The notes: a model not told the origin generated them from the sequence alone. A stretch of DNA of 64,000 bases from Lingula anatina (GCA_051362555.1 CM120641.1:9238001-9302000); one strand, 5' to 3'. Positions 40,655 through 54,179 are shown, counted from the first letter of the stretch. Program-made: numbers and translations.

Positions 40655-40870
40655 GTGCCACCGGAAGTAATGCAGGTACTAAAGATGAGCTTTGCATTTA
40701 GATCCAATGCATTTCTTAAACTAAGTGACAACCGGGATCAAATCATTTTGCTTGTTATCTTCATCTAAGAGATTTATAATTTCCAAATAAAACCGCAACT
40801 CCTTCGAAGTATAATTATTCATTCTTGGAATTAGTTGCACCCAATACAAGAGGAGCCATCAGGACTCAAA
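40655..40870 (+). promoter_or_regulatory. Putative promoter of BTB-ZF copy 1 (ETS site CCGGAAGT at 40661)
   Basis: The block accggaagt(a/t)atgcaggt...ccaatg.atttctt...ccttcgaa..aattattcattcttggaattagtt.cacccaa is conserved upstream of both paralogs (copy 2 at ~52213-52330 and ~53120-53215). Confidence 0.55.
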
Positions 40871-41393
40871 CGTGTGGTATTATGTATTATTTGGAATTGC
40901 TTAATTTGATTTTCAGCCCCTAAACATTGCCACACAGTAAGTTTAGGAGCCGGGCATGAACACAGAGTTTTGCCATTTTTGGTTCTTAATAATGTTTAAA
41001 AACATTATTAAGAACCAAAAATGGCAAAAGATTGTACTGTACATGAATGTAGATTAGGGAAAATGAAGGCAGTTTCGAGGTAAACGTGCAATGTGAGAAA
41101 TACAGATTGATACAGTGAACATGAGTCTATTAGAAATTGCCCCCCTACTGACTGAACGGAACAATGAGCCAGCCATGATGGGTGGTCTGCGTTTTCTGGG
41201 TGCTTTTCTAATTATTGTTTTGTTCACAATTTTTCAAATGGGAAGACGTAGTATTGCAGTGCATGTATACCTTTAGTCAAGTCATCTATTTTTTTATCAT
41301 TGTTCCTCTAGGTGTTTTCACGTGGTACTAATTGACTCACTCTTCATTCTTAAATATTTTAGTTTTCATTTTTCAGAGATTGTCCTTTACAAA

Positions 41394-44300
41394 ATGGCAG
41401 GAGTACATGTAACTATGCAGATCAGTGTTGAAGCCCAAACTTCATTTCTTCAAAATGCTTTTAGACTGAGATCTGACCAGTGCTATTGTGACATAGAAAT
41501 TCACATAGGAAACACATCCTGTAGCGCCCATAAACTCATCCTTGTCTCTTACTCCAAATACTTTGCTGATTATTTCCGTCTTTCAAAATCTAACCAGTCA
41601 CACATTGTGCTTTCTGATATAAATTGGGAGATGTTCAGCTATATCCTAGACTATATGTATGGCCAGAAAGTTAAGATACCAGTCCCTTGCTGGGATGAAT
41701 TTCTAAAGACTGCTAAAAAGTTGGAGATTCAGGATTTGCTTGACAAGTGGGATGCAGGCCAAAAGAAAGGCTTGAAAACTAGAGGAGGACTTGATATTAA
41801 GTCTATGACTTCAGCAGTTTCCACATCCAGCTTTGATGTTGAAAATGAGTGTAATGCATTGGATGATGGTGATGAGGCTGACTATACAAACGGAATGTCA
41901 GCTTGTGTTATAAATACAGAACAGGTGAATAATGTGAATAATGCCTTGGGTGTTGAGGAGTCCCTTAAATCTAGTTCTGAACATTTGGCAGGCAAGAAAT
42001 TGGAACAATTTACAACTGCCGAGAAGTGGAAACCTTTAGAAGATCTGAGTAGTCTTGATAAGACCTGTAGTTTATCCAAGTTAAGTTTACCAGGCCTCAG
42101 TGGTGGAAGTGAATATAGGGGCAAATATACCTGTGTTGCATGCAAGTCTATTTTTCCAAGCATAAAAGAAAAAAGTCTACATTACTTGACCAGAAGCTGT
42201 TCTGGTGGTCTGCTGAAGGTTGCACGGCAGAGGTTTTCTAGGAGTTTTAGAAAAGAAAGCAGAAGAAAAATTCCTGTTAAAACAAGTATTCCAAACCATG
42301 TGTGTTACACTTGCTTTAAAGGATTCATATCCAAGTCTGCACTTTTGAGACATTTTCAGTTAAACCACAAGAAGAAAAGTTTATGGAAATTTCCATCCAG
42401 TCAAGTTAGGGATAGCAAAAATACTGCAGCTGCTACAAAGTCTCCTAATAGTGTCCCATTTCCATTAAAAATACCTGGTGGTAAAGGAAGAAGCAGTGAA
42501 TCTAAACTGAAAGAAATAAAAAGAGATCTGAATCGATGTGAACAGTGTGGTAACGTGTTTGCGAAGGAAAAGGCTCTGGTGATGCATCGGGCTAAGACAC
42601 ATGGCTTGGGTGTGTTTTTGCAGGCTGTTCACTGTCCTAACTGTCCTCAGGAGTTCAATGTAAAAGAATTCTACAGAGGGCACCAGCTTAGAAAACATAA
42701 GAAACATGTTCAAGTCTGCTCAGAAGAGGGGTGTGATTTTACATGCACTACTATTCGAGACATCACCAATCATTTGAAGGAAGAACACAACACTGATCCT
42801 CCACACAAGTGCCCCCTCTGTAACTATGTTACTCCCTTAAAAGGCTATTTAAAACGACACATCGATAGGCATTTTCTTCGTGGCAAGTTATACATTTGTG
42901 AGCTGTGTCCAAAGGTGTATATGACGGAGAAAGCACTATTGCAGCATAAGTACACTCAGCATGGTTTGGTTGATGCAGAGAAAGCTGTACGGTGCACTTA
43001 TCCAGATTGTTCATTCTTGACATATAGCTTGCTTACTATGGAAGATCATTGCAGAGCAAAGCACACTGAGGAGAAGAATTTCCCATGCCCCCAATGCAAT
43101 CGAAAGTTCTCAACAAAAGGGTAAATAAGCATGATAATGTAACATGTTACTTGTATCATGTAATGAAAGGTGATATTCCTCTAGACACAGCAAATGACCA
43201 TGTCTAAACTGAAATAAGAACTTTATTGATTATATAATTACTGTACGTACCATCAAAATCAAATCAGTTTCAAGTTTCCTCATATCTGGCCTGCATGTAC
43301 CCTGAAAATTTTTATCAAAATCTTTCTATAATGTTTTAGATAATAATGCTCAAAGCCAAACAGACAGTCAATGGAAGCAATAACAAGATCTTTGGCAGTT
43401 GGTTCCACATTATGTATATAGAAATGCTGTTATCAGTTATTTTTTACTTGAGTCAACTTTATACAATTTTAATCAGTATTACTTTGCATGTTTCACCTTT
43501 TATTTTAGTTCTCTAAAGTCCCATAGATTGTCTCGCCATGAGCTGCGCTATACATGCAGTTGTCCAAATTGTGGTAAAATGATGGTTGACAAGGCATCTT
43601 TGAAGATGCATCAGTTGCGGTGCATCGGAGCTCGAAAAACCTTCTTATGTTCTCAATGTGACCACTCCACATACGTCAAGGATAGACTTGAAGGTTTGTA
43701 TTGTAATCAAGTAATCTTTTTCACCTTAAAAAGTTAGCATTGTTTATTGGGTATGTAAAACCTACCAATAATTTATATTACTTACATTCATAATGGTGTT
43801 TAATTTTCAATTATGTGTCTGTATATATAGCCATCACCTGTGTCTGTTGTCACCATTGTCGCCATGCACTTTCAGTGTTATATTGGCATATTTTATCCAC
43901 TGTTGTACAAATAAAGTGAAAATCATTTTACTTTCAACCTTGAACCGCACTTTTTCAAGGTTTAAGTCCCAAGCAATTTTCAAGCTCTTAAATTTACCAT
44001 TAAACTTGGATGGGAAGTCTTTTATTCACAGTCTTACTGCAACTTAAGATTTGACAAATTTGCTTTTCCTCACGATTTTGTTATAAATTGTAATTTTCTA
44101 CAAAATAATTTGTAGAGCTTGTCAAGCACATCACTGGAGGTGGTGTCCCTTTTTTTTCCATACAGATGCGCATACTCTAGTGGTACAATATCGAGAGGCA
44201 GTATTGCCTCTCTGATCCTGTAGTGAAAAATTGGTGGTGATTATGCTGTTAAGCATTATGTAATATTGCATCGAAAATGATTTTAAAAACTTTTTTGTGT

Positions 44301-47300
44301 ACTGCCACTACAAATGTTCTAAAAGGAAAACTATTACTTATTATTATGTAACTTACAAGAATCATTGACTTATAGCTCAAATTGGCAAACCAGCTTGATT
44401 GGATTATTTTTCATTCTTGATGTCTGTACATTTCACAGCTGTGCTGCCTTGTTTACTAGGCCTTTTTTGTTTAAAATGAATTTGCTTAAAGTGAAAAAGA
44501 TGGAAAACATTTGACCTAGACTTACATTAGATTTACATTTGGCTAAAAAAGAAATAAAAAAAAAATACATAAGTGATGCATACTTTTTCTTCCCAGCTCA
44601 CCAGTTTAAGCAACATGGTATACTCCCAAGCAAAGGCAAGATTTACAGTTGTGAACTGTGTGACTACACTTGTACAATGAAATGTAGATTAAGTAGCCAT
44701 ATGCAGAAACATACAGGTAACCATTGTTATTTAAATGCGGCATTTTCTTGCATGTTTTGATAACACTACTTAATGTAGTTTGAAAAAAATCTGAATGATT
44801 TCCCCTTAAAATGTTGCTTACATTCTTGTTACGTGTATGTGTCCTTACAGGTAGTATGTTATTATATACTTGCCCCCAAAAGGAACCGATGTTTTTGACC
44901 ACAGTGCTTCAAAATGCCCAAAAATGCACCTTTTAGTCTGGTCACTGTATTCAATGACATAATGCTATCTTAGTCCTTCAGTAGAATACAAAAATAACAA
45001 GTCCCAATTTATATGTACTTAAAATTATGTATATGGTCTGCTATAGTGCTGTTGGTCTTAAAGGAAACTGAAACTTCAAAATACAAAGTGTCTTTTTATA
45101 AAAAGCATCATGGGCCAAACTAAGAATTTGTATATATTCCTGGTTTGGAGTGGCAGACCATGCAGTTTGTTTTAAACTAGTATGATGTGATTTCCATAGG
45201 CATACAAGTTAATGGAGCATCTGTAAAAGAGTTTTAACTAGAGGATCAGAGAGGCGATACCGCCTCCGAATATTGTACCACCAGCTGGAGCAAGCGCATT
45301 CGTATAGACCCCCACATACACAAAATAAGGGACATAGCCACCAGTTTTGTGCTTGACAAGCTGTAAAAATGCAATCAACAAGAATTTTTAAACTATTGCA
45401 AAAAATATATATGGTACAATCAAATTTAAGTTCTTCGTAAGGTAGGTCAAGGGTCAATTTCAAGGTCACAGTAAATTGCCAGTATATGACTTCCTAATCA
45501 AGTTCAAGAGTAACTATGGACCTATCTCTGTCAAGTTTGAAGTTAAAAGAGAAAGAAATTAGCAGAGTTCAGTTCATGATAAAAAGTAGGTCAAAGGTCA
45601 ATTTCAAGGTCACATTTAGATTGCCAGTATATGACTTTCTATTCAAGTTCAATAGTAACTATGGACCTATCTCTGCCAGTTTTGGAGATAAAAGGGAAGC
45701 AAAATTTGCAAAGTTCAGTTTATGGTGAAAAGTAGGACAAAGGTCAATTTTAATGTCACATTTATAATGCCAGTATATGACTTCCTATTCAAGTTCAATA
45801 GTAACTACGGACCTATCTCAGCCAGTTTTGGAGATAAAAGGAAAGCAAAATTTGCAAAATTCAGTTTATGGTGTAAAGTAGGTCAAAGGTCAATTTTAAG
45901 GTCACATTTAGATTGCCAGTATATGACTTCCTTTTCAAGTTCAATAGTAACTATGGACCTATCTCTGCCAGTTTTTGAGATAAAAGGAAAGCAAAATTTG
46001 CAAAGTTCAGTTCATGGTGAAAAGTAGGTCAAAGGTCAATTTTGAGGTCACATTTAGATTGCCAGTATATGACTTCCTATTCAAGTTCAATAGTAACTAT
46101 GGACCTATCTCAGCCAGTTTTGGAGATAAAAGGGAAGCAAAATTCAGTTCATGGTGAAAAGTAGGTCAAAGGTCAATTTCAAGGTCACATTTAGATTGCC
46201 AGTATATGACTTCCTATTCAAGTTCAATAGTAACTATGGACCTATCTCTGCCAGTTTTGGAGATAAAAGGGAAGCAAAATTTGCAAAGTTCAGTTTATGG
46301 TGAAAAGTAGGTCAAAGGTCAATTTTGAGGTCACATTTAGATTGCCAGTATATGACTTCCTATTCAAGTTCAATAGTAACTACGGACCTATCTCAGCCAG
46401 TTTTGGAGATAAAAGGAAAGCAAAATTTGCAAAATTCAGTTCATGGTGTAAAGTAGGTCAAAGGTCAATTTTAAGGTCACATTTAGATTGCCAGTATATG
46501 ACTTCCTATTCAAGTTCAATAGTAACTATGGACCTATCTCTGCCAGTTTTGGAGATAAAAGGGAAGAAAATTTTGCAAAGTTCAGTTTATGGTGAAAAGT
46601 AGGTCAAAGGTCAATTTTAAGGTCACATTTAGATTGCCAGTATATGACTTCCTATTCAAGTTCAATAGTAACTATGGACCTATCTCTGCCAGTTTTGGAG
46701 ATAAAAGGGAAGAAAAATTTGCAAAGTTCAGTTCATGGTGAAAAGTAGGTCAAAGGTCACTTTCAAGGTCATAGTAAGGTTGCCAGTATATGACTTCCTA
46801 TTCAACTTCAATAGTAACTATGGACCTATCTCTGCCAGTTTTGGAGATAAAAGGGAAGCAAAATTTGCAAAGTTCAGTTCATGGTGAAAAGTAGGTCAAA
46901 GGTCACTTTCAAGGTCATAGTAAGATTGCCAGTATATGACTTCCTATTCAACTTCAATAGTAACTATGGACCTATCTCTGCCAGTTTTGGAGATATAAGG
47001 GACTAAATGTTATAATTTTGGAGTTACCATAATGTGCCTTAAATTTCGTACAGAAAAAATTAATTAAAATAAAGAAAATGTCATTTTGGTCAAAATTCTT
47101 GAAATAGGAGGTGCTCTGAAGTTTCAGAAGTTCAAATTTGATGAAATAATGTCATTTTTGAACACAAGTTGTCTGCTTTGCCAAGCCTTATGTTTTATTT
47201 TTCCAGAGTTCAAAATTTATTATCCATTACCGTACTGCACATTTTGCTTTTACCACCAATATGTACTTTTTGATACAGCGTAACTCGAAAACCATATGGA

Positions 47301-48879
47301 ATACAAAAAAAACGAGACCACCTCCAGTGTTGGGCTTTACATGCTCTACAAAATGCAAAAAAGAATGGGTCTCTAGCATTAACGGTTCCCGAATTAGAGA
47401 CAGTTTTCAGTTTCGGTATCTTATGGCCGCTACTCCCGTGAAAATGCACCGATTGACCCCAAATTCATGGAGATGAAAGATGACCTGAAGGGTAACACCT
47501 TCCAATAATATTATTGGTTAAGTCTGTGTGGTGTCTGAATAACAGGGCAAAAAAAATTTTTTTCGTAAAAAATTTAATTTTTTTGAAAATTTTGGCCCAT
47601 TTGACCTTGAAGTAAAGGTCAAAGGTCAAATACAAGGGTATATTTGAAATCTACACATATGACTTTTGGAAAGCCGTCTATAGAAATTTTTCCCATAACT
47701 CCTTCCGTAGGGTAGATAATTAGCATTTAATTTTGCCATTTTTAGACAAGGGTGCATTGCAATGAGTGCCACACCCAGACCCCAATACCGACAAAGCCCA
47801 AATTTTACGTGGAACGAGTTGAGATTATAGGTGACCTAAATCCATGAGATGGGTACGGGGGCCCTTACTGTCTAGGAGGAGAAGCGGTAACGGTAGCCGT
47901 CCGGCGGAGCCGGCGGAGCCGGCGGAACGATCCGGACGGGACCGAAACCATGTGTACCGCCAGCGCTAACGCTGGTGGTACAATAATCCAATTCATAAGT
48001 TCCCAATGGATGAATGATTTTAGCTCTGGCAGAGTCTGAAAGTTGGTAACAAATTGACCCTGTGTTCCTTTTGTTATATGCTGCAGATTTTCATACACTG
48101 GAAATTTGCTTGTTCATGGAAAGGGTCCATTATCCCTCTCATCAGAATACTTTATATACATTACTGGCCCCCAGGAAAGTGTAATAGAAAAGGGGATGGG
48201 GTTAACATGTTTGCAGATGCTTTGTTTATAAGTAATGCTTAATATTTTTAACTCTCTGTAGGAGAAAGGCCAGAAGTATGCGACATTTGTGGTAAAAAGT
48301 TTCCCTTAGGCAGCCTGAAGACTCACATGAAGGTTCATAAAACCACATATGATTTTCAGTGCATGTACTGTGATTACAAAACACGGGTAGGTTTTATTAA
48401 TATCTTTTTTATGTGCCAATATTTATTTATGATTATTGTAACAAATTTATGTAAAAAACAGTGGGCATTTCAAGCATACTGCAGTTGAGCAATCTTAAAC
48501 AAAATGAATTTTGTCCCTGCTTGCAGTTCAAAACAACAGGATAATTGCACTTTTATTTTTCTTTAAAAAAGTGTACTCTGGCATTGTATGTCAATATGCT
48601 TCAGTGCATTCAAGCGAAATACAAGTGCAATTATCCTATTGTTTGTTGCCAAGATGTTGATATCATAAAAACAGACATTATTTTTTTTCTCTTTTCAAGT
48701 GGGAGTATCATTTCAAAACACACATCCGCCTAAAGCATACAGAAGGTGAGAAGAGGCCTTACAAGTGCAGCTATTGTGACCACAGAACTAACTTCAAGGG
48801 GAATTGTGTGAAACACATCAAAAATGTCCACCCTGGTAAAGAACCTGCAGTAATTCACCTTAGTGACAATGCTTTGTGA
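41394..48879 (+). CDS. BTB/POZ domain and C2H2 zinc-finger protein (ZBTB-like), copy 1, 778 aa
   Basis: Exons 41394-43120, 43509-43693, 44597-44716, 48262-48386, 48700-48879 (TGA); phases consistent, 2337 nt. BTB signature YCDIEIHIGNTSCSAHKLILVSYSKYF...ILDYMY...FLKTAKKLEI. About 15 C2H2/C2HC fingers with HTEEKNF, HTGERP and EKRPY linkers. Confidence 0.93.
43812..44455 (+). mobile_element. Degenerate HINE family B copy with a nested family A 3' fragment (~44085-44223)
   Basis: 5' atgtgtctgtata..ccatcacctgtgtctg and 3' gtctgtacatttcacagctgtgctgccttg; internal gagaggcagtattgcctctctgatcctgtag. Confidence 0.6.
45238..47986 (-). mobile_element. DINE-1/HINE-like non-autonomous Helentron (family A) carrying a 146-bp tandem array
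   Basis: Read on the minus strand: 5' subTIR ttattgtaccaccagc plus inverted repeat (gctggcggtac), then a (GGCTCCGCC)n core. The 3' end has subTIR gctggtggtacaata, hairpin gaggcg-gtat-cgcctc and terminal ctag|tt. A homologous copy lies at 59061-60683. Confidence 0.85.
45440..47000. repeat. Tandem repeat, 146-bp monomer, ~11 copies
   Basis: Register gtaggtcaaaggtca at 45442, 45586, 45732, 45878, 46024, 46161 (preceding unit 137 bp), 46307, 46453, 46599, 46745 and 46891. Confidence 0.97.
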
Positions 48880-50113
48880 TTTTTTTTACAGAACTGAATC
48901 AAAATTGATGGTTTGTGGGATGGGACTGCCTAATCACCTCTATACTCTGGATCTTTTCAGGGTTACGATTAACCCCAGTCCCCTGACCGCTGACAAGCCC
49001 TCTAACTGCCTTATTGGTATATTTACCTTTTTTGTTTTTCTGTGGTACATGTATTAAGTAATGGTAAAAAGGATGGAAATATGGCCTTGAAATTAATTTA
49101 GTATTACAGATTTTGATTCATTGACTTGGTCACATATATAATGCTGTAGTACTACTTAAAAGTTGTCTGACAATAGCATTATTAATTTTTTGCACACATA
49201 TTATTTTAGTTATCACATGTAGAGAAATAAACTCAATAAATTTGTGGTGAAATATTGGTCATTCGGCTGCAAGATTTCCACTGATTCTCCACATACAGGT
49301 GTGCCTAACATTTTTATTAAAATATGAAGTGAAAAGCGAGTGGAACAATTGTTTGTCCAAGTGGAACATTACTTACATCGGTCTGGCAGCTTTAAAAACT
49401 GAAAAAAAAATTAGATTTATCTGTTCTGACACAAAAAAATAGAAAAACGTACGTGGACTAAATTTTAAACCTTCGTTACTGTCGCTCATAGCAACATCTC
49501 ACATTCTCCTTGTTTGTTTTTGCTAAAGTAAATATTTGCAACTTGTCAAGAAGTGACCATGATGTCTCAGAATATTTTTTTAATGTTTAAAGCAATAAAT
49601 AACTTGAGCAAGCTACTCCTTTTGCGGTGTCGCCCGACATAAAAATTTGGGGGAAAAACTTCGTGCTGTCTTTTATCGCAGGCCATTTTTATTTGTTTGA
49701 TGATTTTGTGATATTTTAGACATTATTAATAAAACATCTTAAATTCAGTTATATCCATGATCAGCAAGACGATATCCTAACAGAGAACAGTGAAATGTTT
49801 TACACGAAACGAGGCAAAACTACATTCTGTGAGAAAATAACTTGTAAAACTCTCGTTACCAGGCATTGTGAAAAATATACTTGAACTTGAGGACAAAATG
49901 TATCACAAGAAACCATGGACAAAATTATGTCCCAGAAGAAACACAAATATGTCATACCCCTGTAGCGCAGTCTAATTTTTGTTAGCATTAGAAACGTGCA
50001 AATATTATACAAAAGTTACTTTTTAAACTGTCGTAACTAGAACCTTTGTTACTGAAAGCGAAAACTATGCATATTTGTAAGGCATGAATCGGAAAACGTT
50101 TCCATGATTACAC

Positions 50114-51546
50114 GTTGTTGAGGAAATGCAGTCAGCCTACAAATTCAATCATAGCACAGAATCTGCACTTTTGAGAATTAAAAATGATTTGTTAAGTGGT
50201 GTTCACAAACATTCTGCTATGTTATTGGTACTGTTAGATTTGTCTGCTGCGTTTGACACAGTAGACCATAATATTTTATTGACATTTCTAGAGCAGAGTG
50301 TAGGGGTTAGAGATAAGGACTTAGATCTTTTACGATCCTATCTTGTTGGGAGAATGCATCAAGTTAATATAAATGGTGTGCTTTCTGAACTCTCACAGCT
50401 TTTATTTGGTGTTCCTCAGGGGAGCGTTCTTGGCCTGCTAAAGTTTTGTGTTTACACGTTACCCCTTGGAGCAATTCTGCGTTATCATTAGATAGGTTAC
50501 AACTTTTATGCCGATGATACCCAGTTGTACACATCTTGTAACATCCATGATCCAGCATTGTCTGTGAACACCATTGTTGATTGCATATCAGACCTCAGAG
50601 GTTGGCTCATTTCAAACAAATTGAAGATAAATGATGGAAAAACAGAATTTTTAGTCATTACTCAACCCTACAACAAGGGCCTTGCTCATAACTTGCAACT
50701 TAAAATTGGAGCTAGTATGGCACTATCCTCCCCCATGTAAAAAATTTAGGAGTATATTTTGATTCTTCACTTTCAATGGACAAACAGATCTCTAACATCA
50801 CAAGGTCTTAATTGTTTATTCAACATTCGGAATATTGGCACCATAAGGAAATATCCGAATCAATCATCTGCTGCTACTGTTATACACTCATTGGTAACTT
50901 CCAGGTTGGACTATTGCAATTCTGTATTATATGGATGTCCAGATGATAAGATCAAAAGATTACAACGCATCCAGAATATCTCAGCACGGCTTTTAATGCT
51001 ACAGCCTAGGGATTGCCATATCACTCCAATTAGCAGCTGCACTGGTTACCAGTTAGGGCCAGAATTTTATTTAAGGTTTTAGTTTTTATACATGCTGCTT
51101 TTTATAACCTACATGTAGCTCCACCATATATTACTGATCTAGTAAAACATTATAGCCCTCAAAGATCCCTGAGGTCTGGTGACAAACTTTTACTGAAAGT
51201 TCCCAAATCAAAGTTATAATCATATGGTGACATCATTTTGTGTAGCTGCACCAGTAGAGTGGAATAAGTTGCCAATTTTTATGAATAGAATCACAAGAAT
51301 CTTTTAAAAAGGAATTGAAAACTCACAATTTTAAGACATTTTATTCAGGAATTTTTAATTTTACATTAAGAAACCTTGGATTTTTTACTTTTATTACTGT
51401 TTATTACAATTTAGTCTAGTTCTGATTTATATATTATATATCTTAACTATTTTTATTTATAAACTTCTTTGTATTTTATGTTGTACAGTCTATTGAACAT
51501 TTTATGGATTTTAGACTCGAAATAAATATATTATATTATTATTATT
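50114..51546 (+). mobile_element. 5'-truncated, decayed LINE, L2/Crack/Daphne-type reverse transcriptase
   Basis: QSAYKFNHSTESALL, LLDLSAAFDTVDH, GVPQGSVLG, YADDTQLY, KTEF, RLDYCNS and LQRIQN across ORFs 50126-50491, 50525-50740 and 50759-51082, broken by a stop and frameshifts. (ATT)n 3' tail; candidate TSD attacac (50107-50113 / 51547-51553). Confidence 0.92.
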
Positions 51547-52331
51547 ATTACACAAAAAGCTAAATTTAACACTTTCTCAGCCTCCTTCTGCTAACTGTCT
51601 TGCACCAAGTACTTGAACAAAATGAAACATTTTTTTACATTTTTCTAGGGAACATGTTACCTAGCCATGACACAAAGCCCCTTGAGTTAGGCCCCCCTAC
51701 AGTTTAAATATTTATAAAAATATACTCACGTCATGTCTATAATTTACCATGACTGAACCACTACAAAGTAAACGCGATATAAAAATTAAAATTCATTAAG
51801 TTACCGTACCAGGGGCGGATCCAGGGTCATTTGAAGTGGGGGGGGGGGGGGGGGAGGGGGGGGGGGGTCCGTAACGACAGGCATCAGATGCGAAGCCGAC
51901 TATCGCCCCCTTGGTGTGGGGTTCGTGGCCTGCTCAAGAGCCCCGAATTTTTTTTTCTTTTTTGAGAGCAAACCGTGGTAAGGTTTAGAACTATGATTAA
52001 GCTAGTAAAAATGCTAATTTCAAGAGAGGAATCTTGGTGAGATATATTTTTCAGAAACTGAAGGGGGGGGGGGGAGGTAATTGATTTCTTATCACCACAT
52101 ATTGACGTAAATATAGAAAAGTGTACACGGCAAGCCATAAAGACGGCTTACATTTACTCTTCCATGGATTTACAATCAATATTCTTGCCTGGAAAATCAT
52201 ATACGAGAGTGACCGGAAGTTATGCAGGTGTAGGCATACTGTTGTAGCTAAAAACTAGCCTGGTATTTAGAACCAATGTATTTCTTCAACTAAATGGCTA
52301 ACAGATCAAACCATTTTGCTGTTGTCTTAAT

Positions 52332-53112
52332 GGGGTCCGCCATATAGATAAACGTCCCAATAAAATATTCGCCCCGATAGATACGTCTCTATACATACAC
52401 GTCTCAATAGATTTACGTCTCGTTAAATTTACGTTCCGATAGATCCACCAACAGATTCCTATAAACCCACGTATCTTTAGATCCAGGTACCGCTAGATCC
52501 ATGTATCTGACATCGTAATCGGCTAAAAGGCCCATATCAACTTGCGTTGTGAACTTTAGAACACATTTTTATGTTCTTTTTTGTTTTGATTTGTTTAGAA
52601 CACATTTACATGTAAATTCAGAACACTTTTTACGTGTTCGAATGTTGCATTTTGAGAACGCTTTAAACAGTGTTCTGACGCTAGAACAGTAATTAAGCGT
52701 TGTGAAATATAGAACACACTTTTGTTCTTTTTATGTTCTTTCACTGAGTATTGTGTGAAAACGATCTAGTAGAATAATATATTGCTGACTGCGTACTGCC
52801 GTTTTAAAGAAGTGCATTTTATGTACTGAGAAGTATACCAACTATTTCGAGCAATAGTGTACCTGTAATGGATCTATCGGTATTTGGATCTAAAAATACG
52901 TGGATCTATAGGTATGCGGATTTAAAGGACGTGGGTTTATGAGGACGTCATATCTATAGGAACGCAAATATATAGGACAGCAGAAAAAAATCGGATCTAT
53001 CGGTATTTAAATCTAAAAAGACGTTTTTTCTGTTTTTCCTTTATGTATCTATCGGTAACGGGAGTATAGGGACGTGTAATATTTTGGGACTAAATTTTAT
53101 CCGTACGTACCC
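52332..53112. mobile_element. Foldback-type non-autonomous DNA transposon, 8-bp TSD
   Basis: gtcttaat is duplicated at 52324-52331 and 53113-53120. Arms are built of ~16-bp subrepeats (atagatccacgt... versus ...acgtggatctat). The segment is absent from the homologous promoter of copy 1. Confidence 0.75.
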
Positions 53113-53665
53113 GTCTTAATTACATGTAGTGTATAAATTCGAAATAAAACCTTAGAGACTCCTTCGAATAATTATTCATTCTTGGAATTAGTTACACCCA
53201 ATTCAAGAGGAGCCGACGAGCCGATATGTACATGTACTCTTGAGTGAGTGTGTGAAATGATTTATTCTAAGGTGATTTATGTATCATTTAGAATTGCTTA
53301 TTTGTTTACTGCGCCTACCAAGGTCAGGGGTGACATGTACTTGTGACTGATATGGAATATAAAGTTAAAGTTCCTGGTGATTTTAAGTTTTACCTGAATT
53401 AAGACGTACGAAAAGTCACAAGTTTTTCTAATGTTGTACAGACGGGGTCATACACCGAAGGTTCAATAGTCCGAAGATACCCACACGTCTTATTATGACT
53501 AAACATTTTGAATCATTTCATGAAAACAAAAGGCTGTTCTTGTTATAACGACACCACGTTTGCCCCTTTTTAAGACGCCATTTTAAAAGCTGAGCCAAAA
53601 TACTGCCTAACTCAAATTCCCCCTGACAGACATACATTGTACATGTACGTACTGGGTGAGTGTAA

Positions 53666-54179
53666 GACCGCATTCACAACGAGTTGAGCCATGGCTCTAC
53701 AAATCCACGAACTAAATATGGCAGACGTACATGAAAGAAAAACCACCTAATCTTTTAGTAGTCTCTCTGCCTCTCACACGCCTCCCCACACGTCGTCCCC
53801 GGTGGGGGTACAGTCATTAAATCTCATTTCCATTCGCCATGTGGAAGCTACCTGAAAAATATTAAGTGCGCATGCTCATCAATTAAACTCGAGGTGAAGA
53901 AAACATGGCGGCTGGAGGCGATTGAAGGACAAAAGCCCTTCTGCTCTATTATCTTTCAAAACAGAGACGAAAAAGGAATGAATTTGCCCGTAGAGCAGCA
54001 ATGAATCAGCTATCTACGGAGATAATGTTACCAGAGATATTCACGAAGATACCCAGCCCCGCAGGCGTGTGAGAGGCATAGAGACTATTAAAAGATTAGG
54101 CGCTTTTCTTTCATGTATGCCCGCCATATTTAGTTCGTGGATTTGCAGAGCCATGGCTCAACTCGTTGTGAATGCGGTC
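53666..54179. mobile_element. PIF/Harbinger-like MITE with long (~120 bp) inverted arms, TAA TSD, possibly nested
   Basis: taa|gaccgcattcacaacgagttgagccatggctct ... agagccatggctcaactcgttgtgaatgcggtc|taa. Inner inverted pair gtctctctgcctctcacacgcc / ggcgtgtgagaggcatagagac. Confidence 0.85.

Noticed and set aside
40577-40768. Short ORF MLKRSHKDVERLEE... as an upstream coding exon
   Set aside because: Not conserved as an ORF upstream of copy 2 and it overlaps the promoter-like ETS block.
45440-47000. Regular repeat array as a possible CRISPR or coding repeat (ORFs 45516-46602)
   Set aside because: Monomers are contiguous and near-identical with no unique spacers, the context is a eukaryotic intron, and the 146-bp period breaks frame, so the ORFs are by-products.
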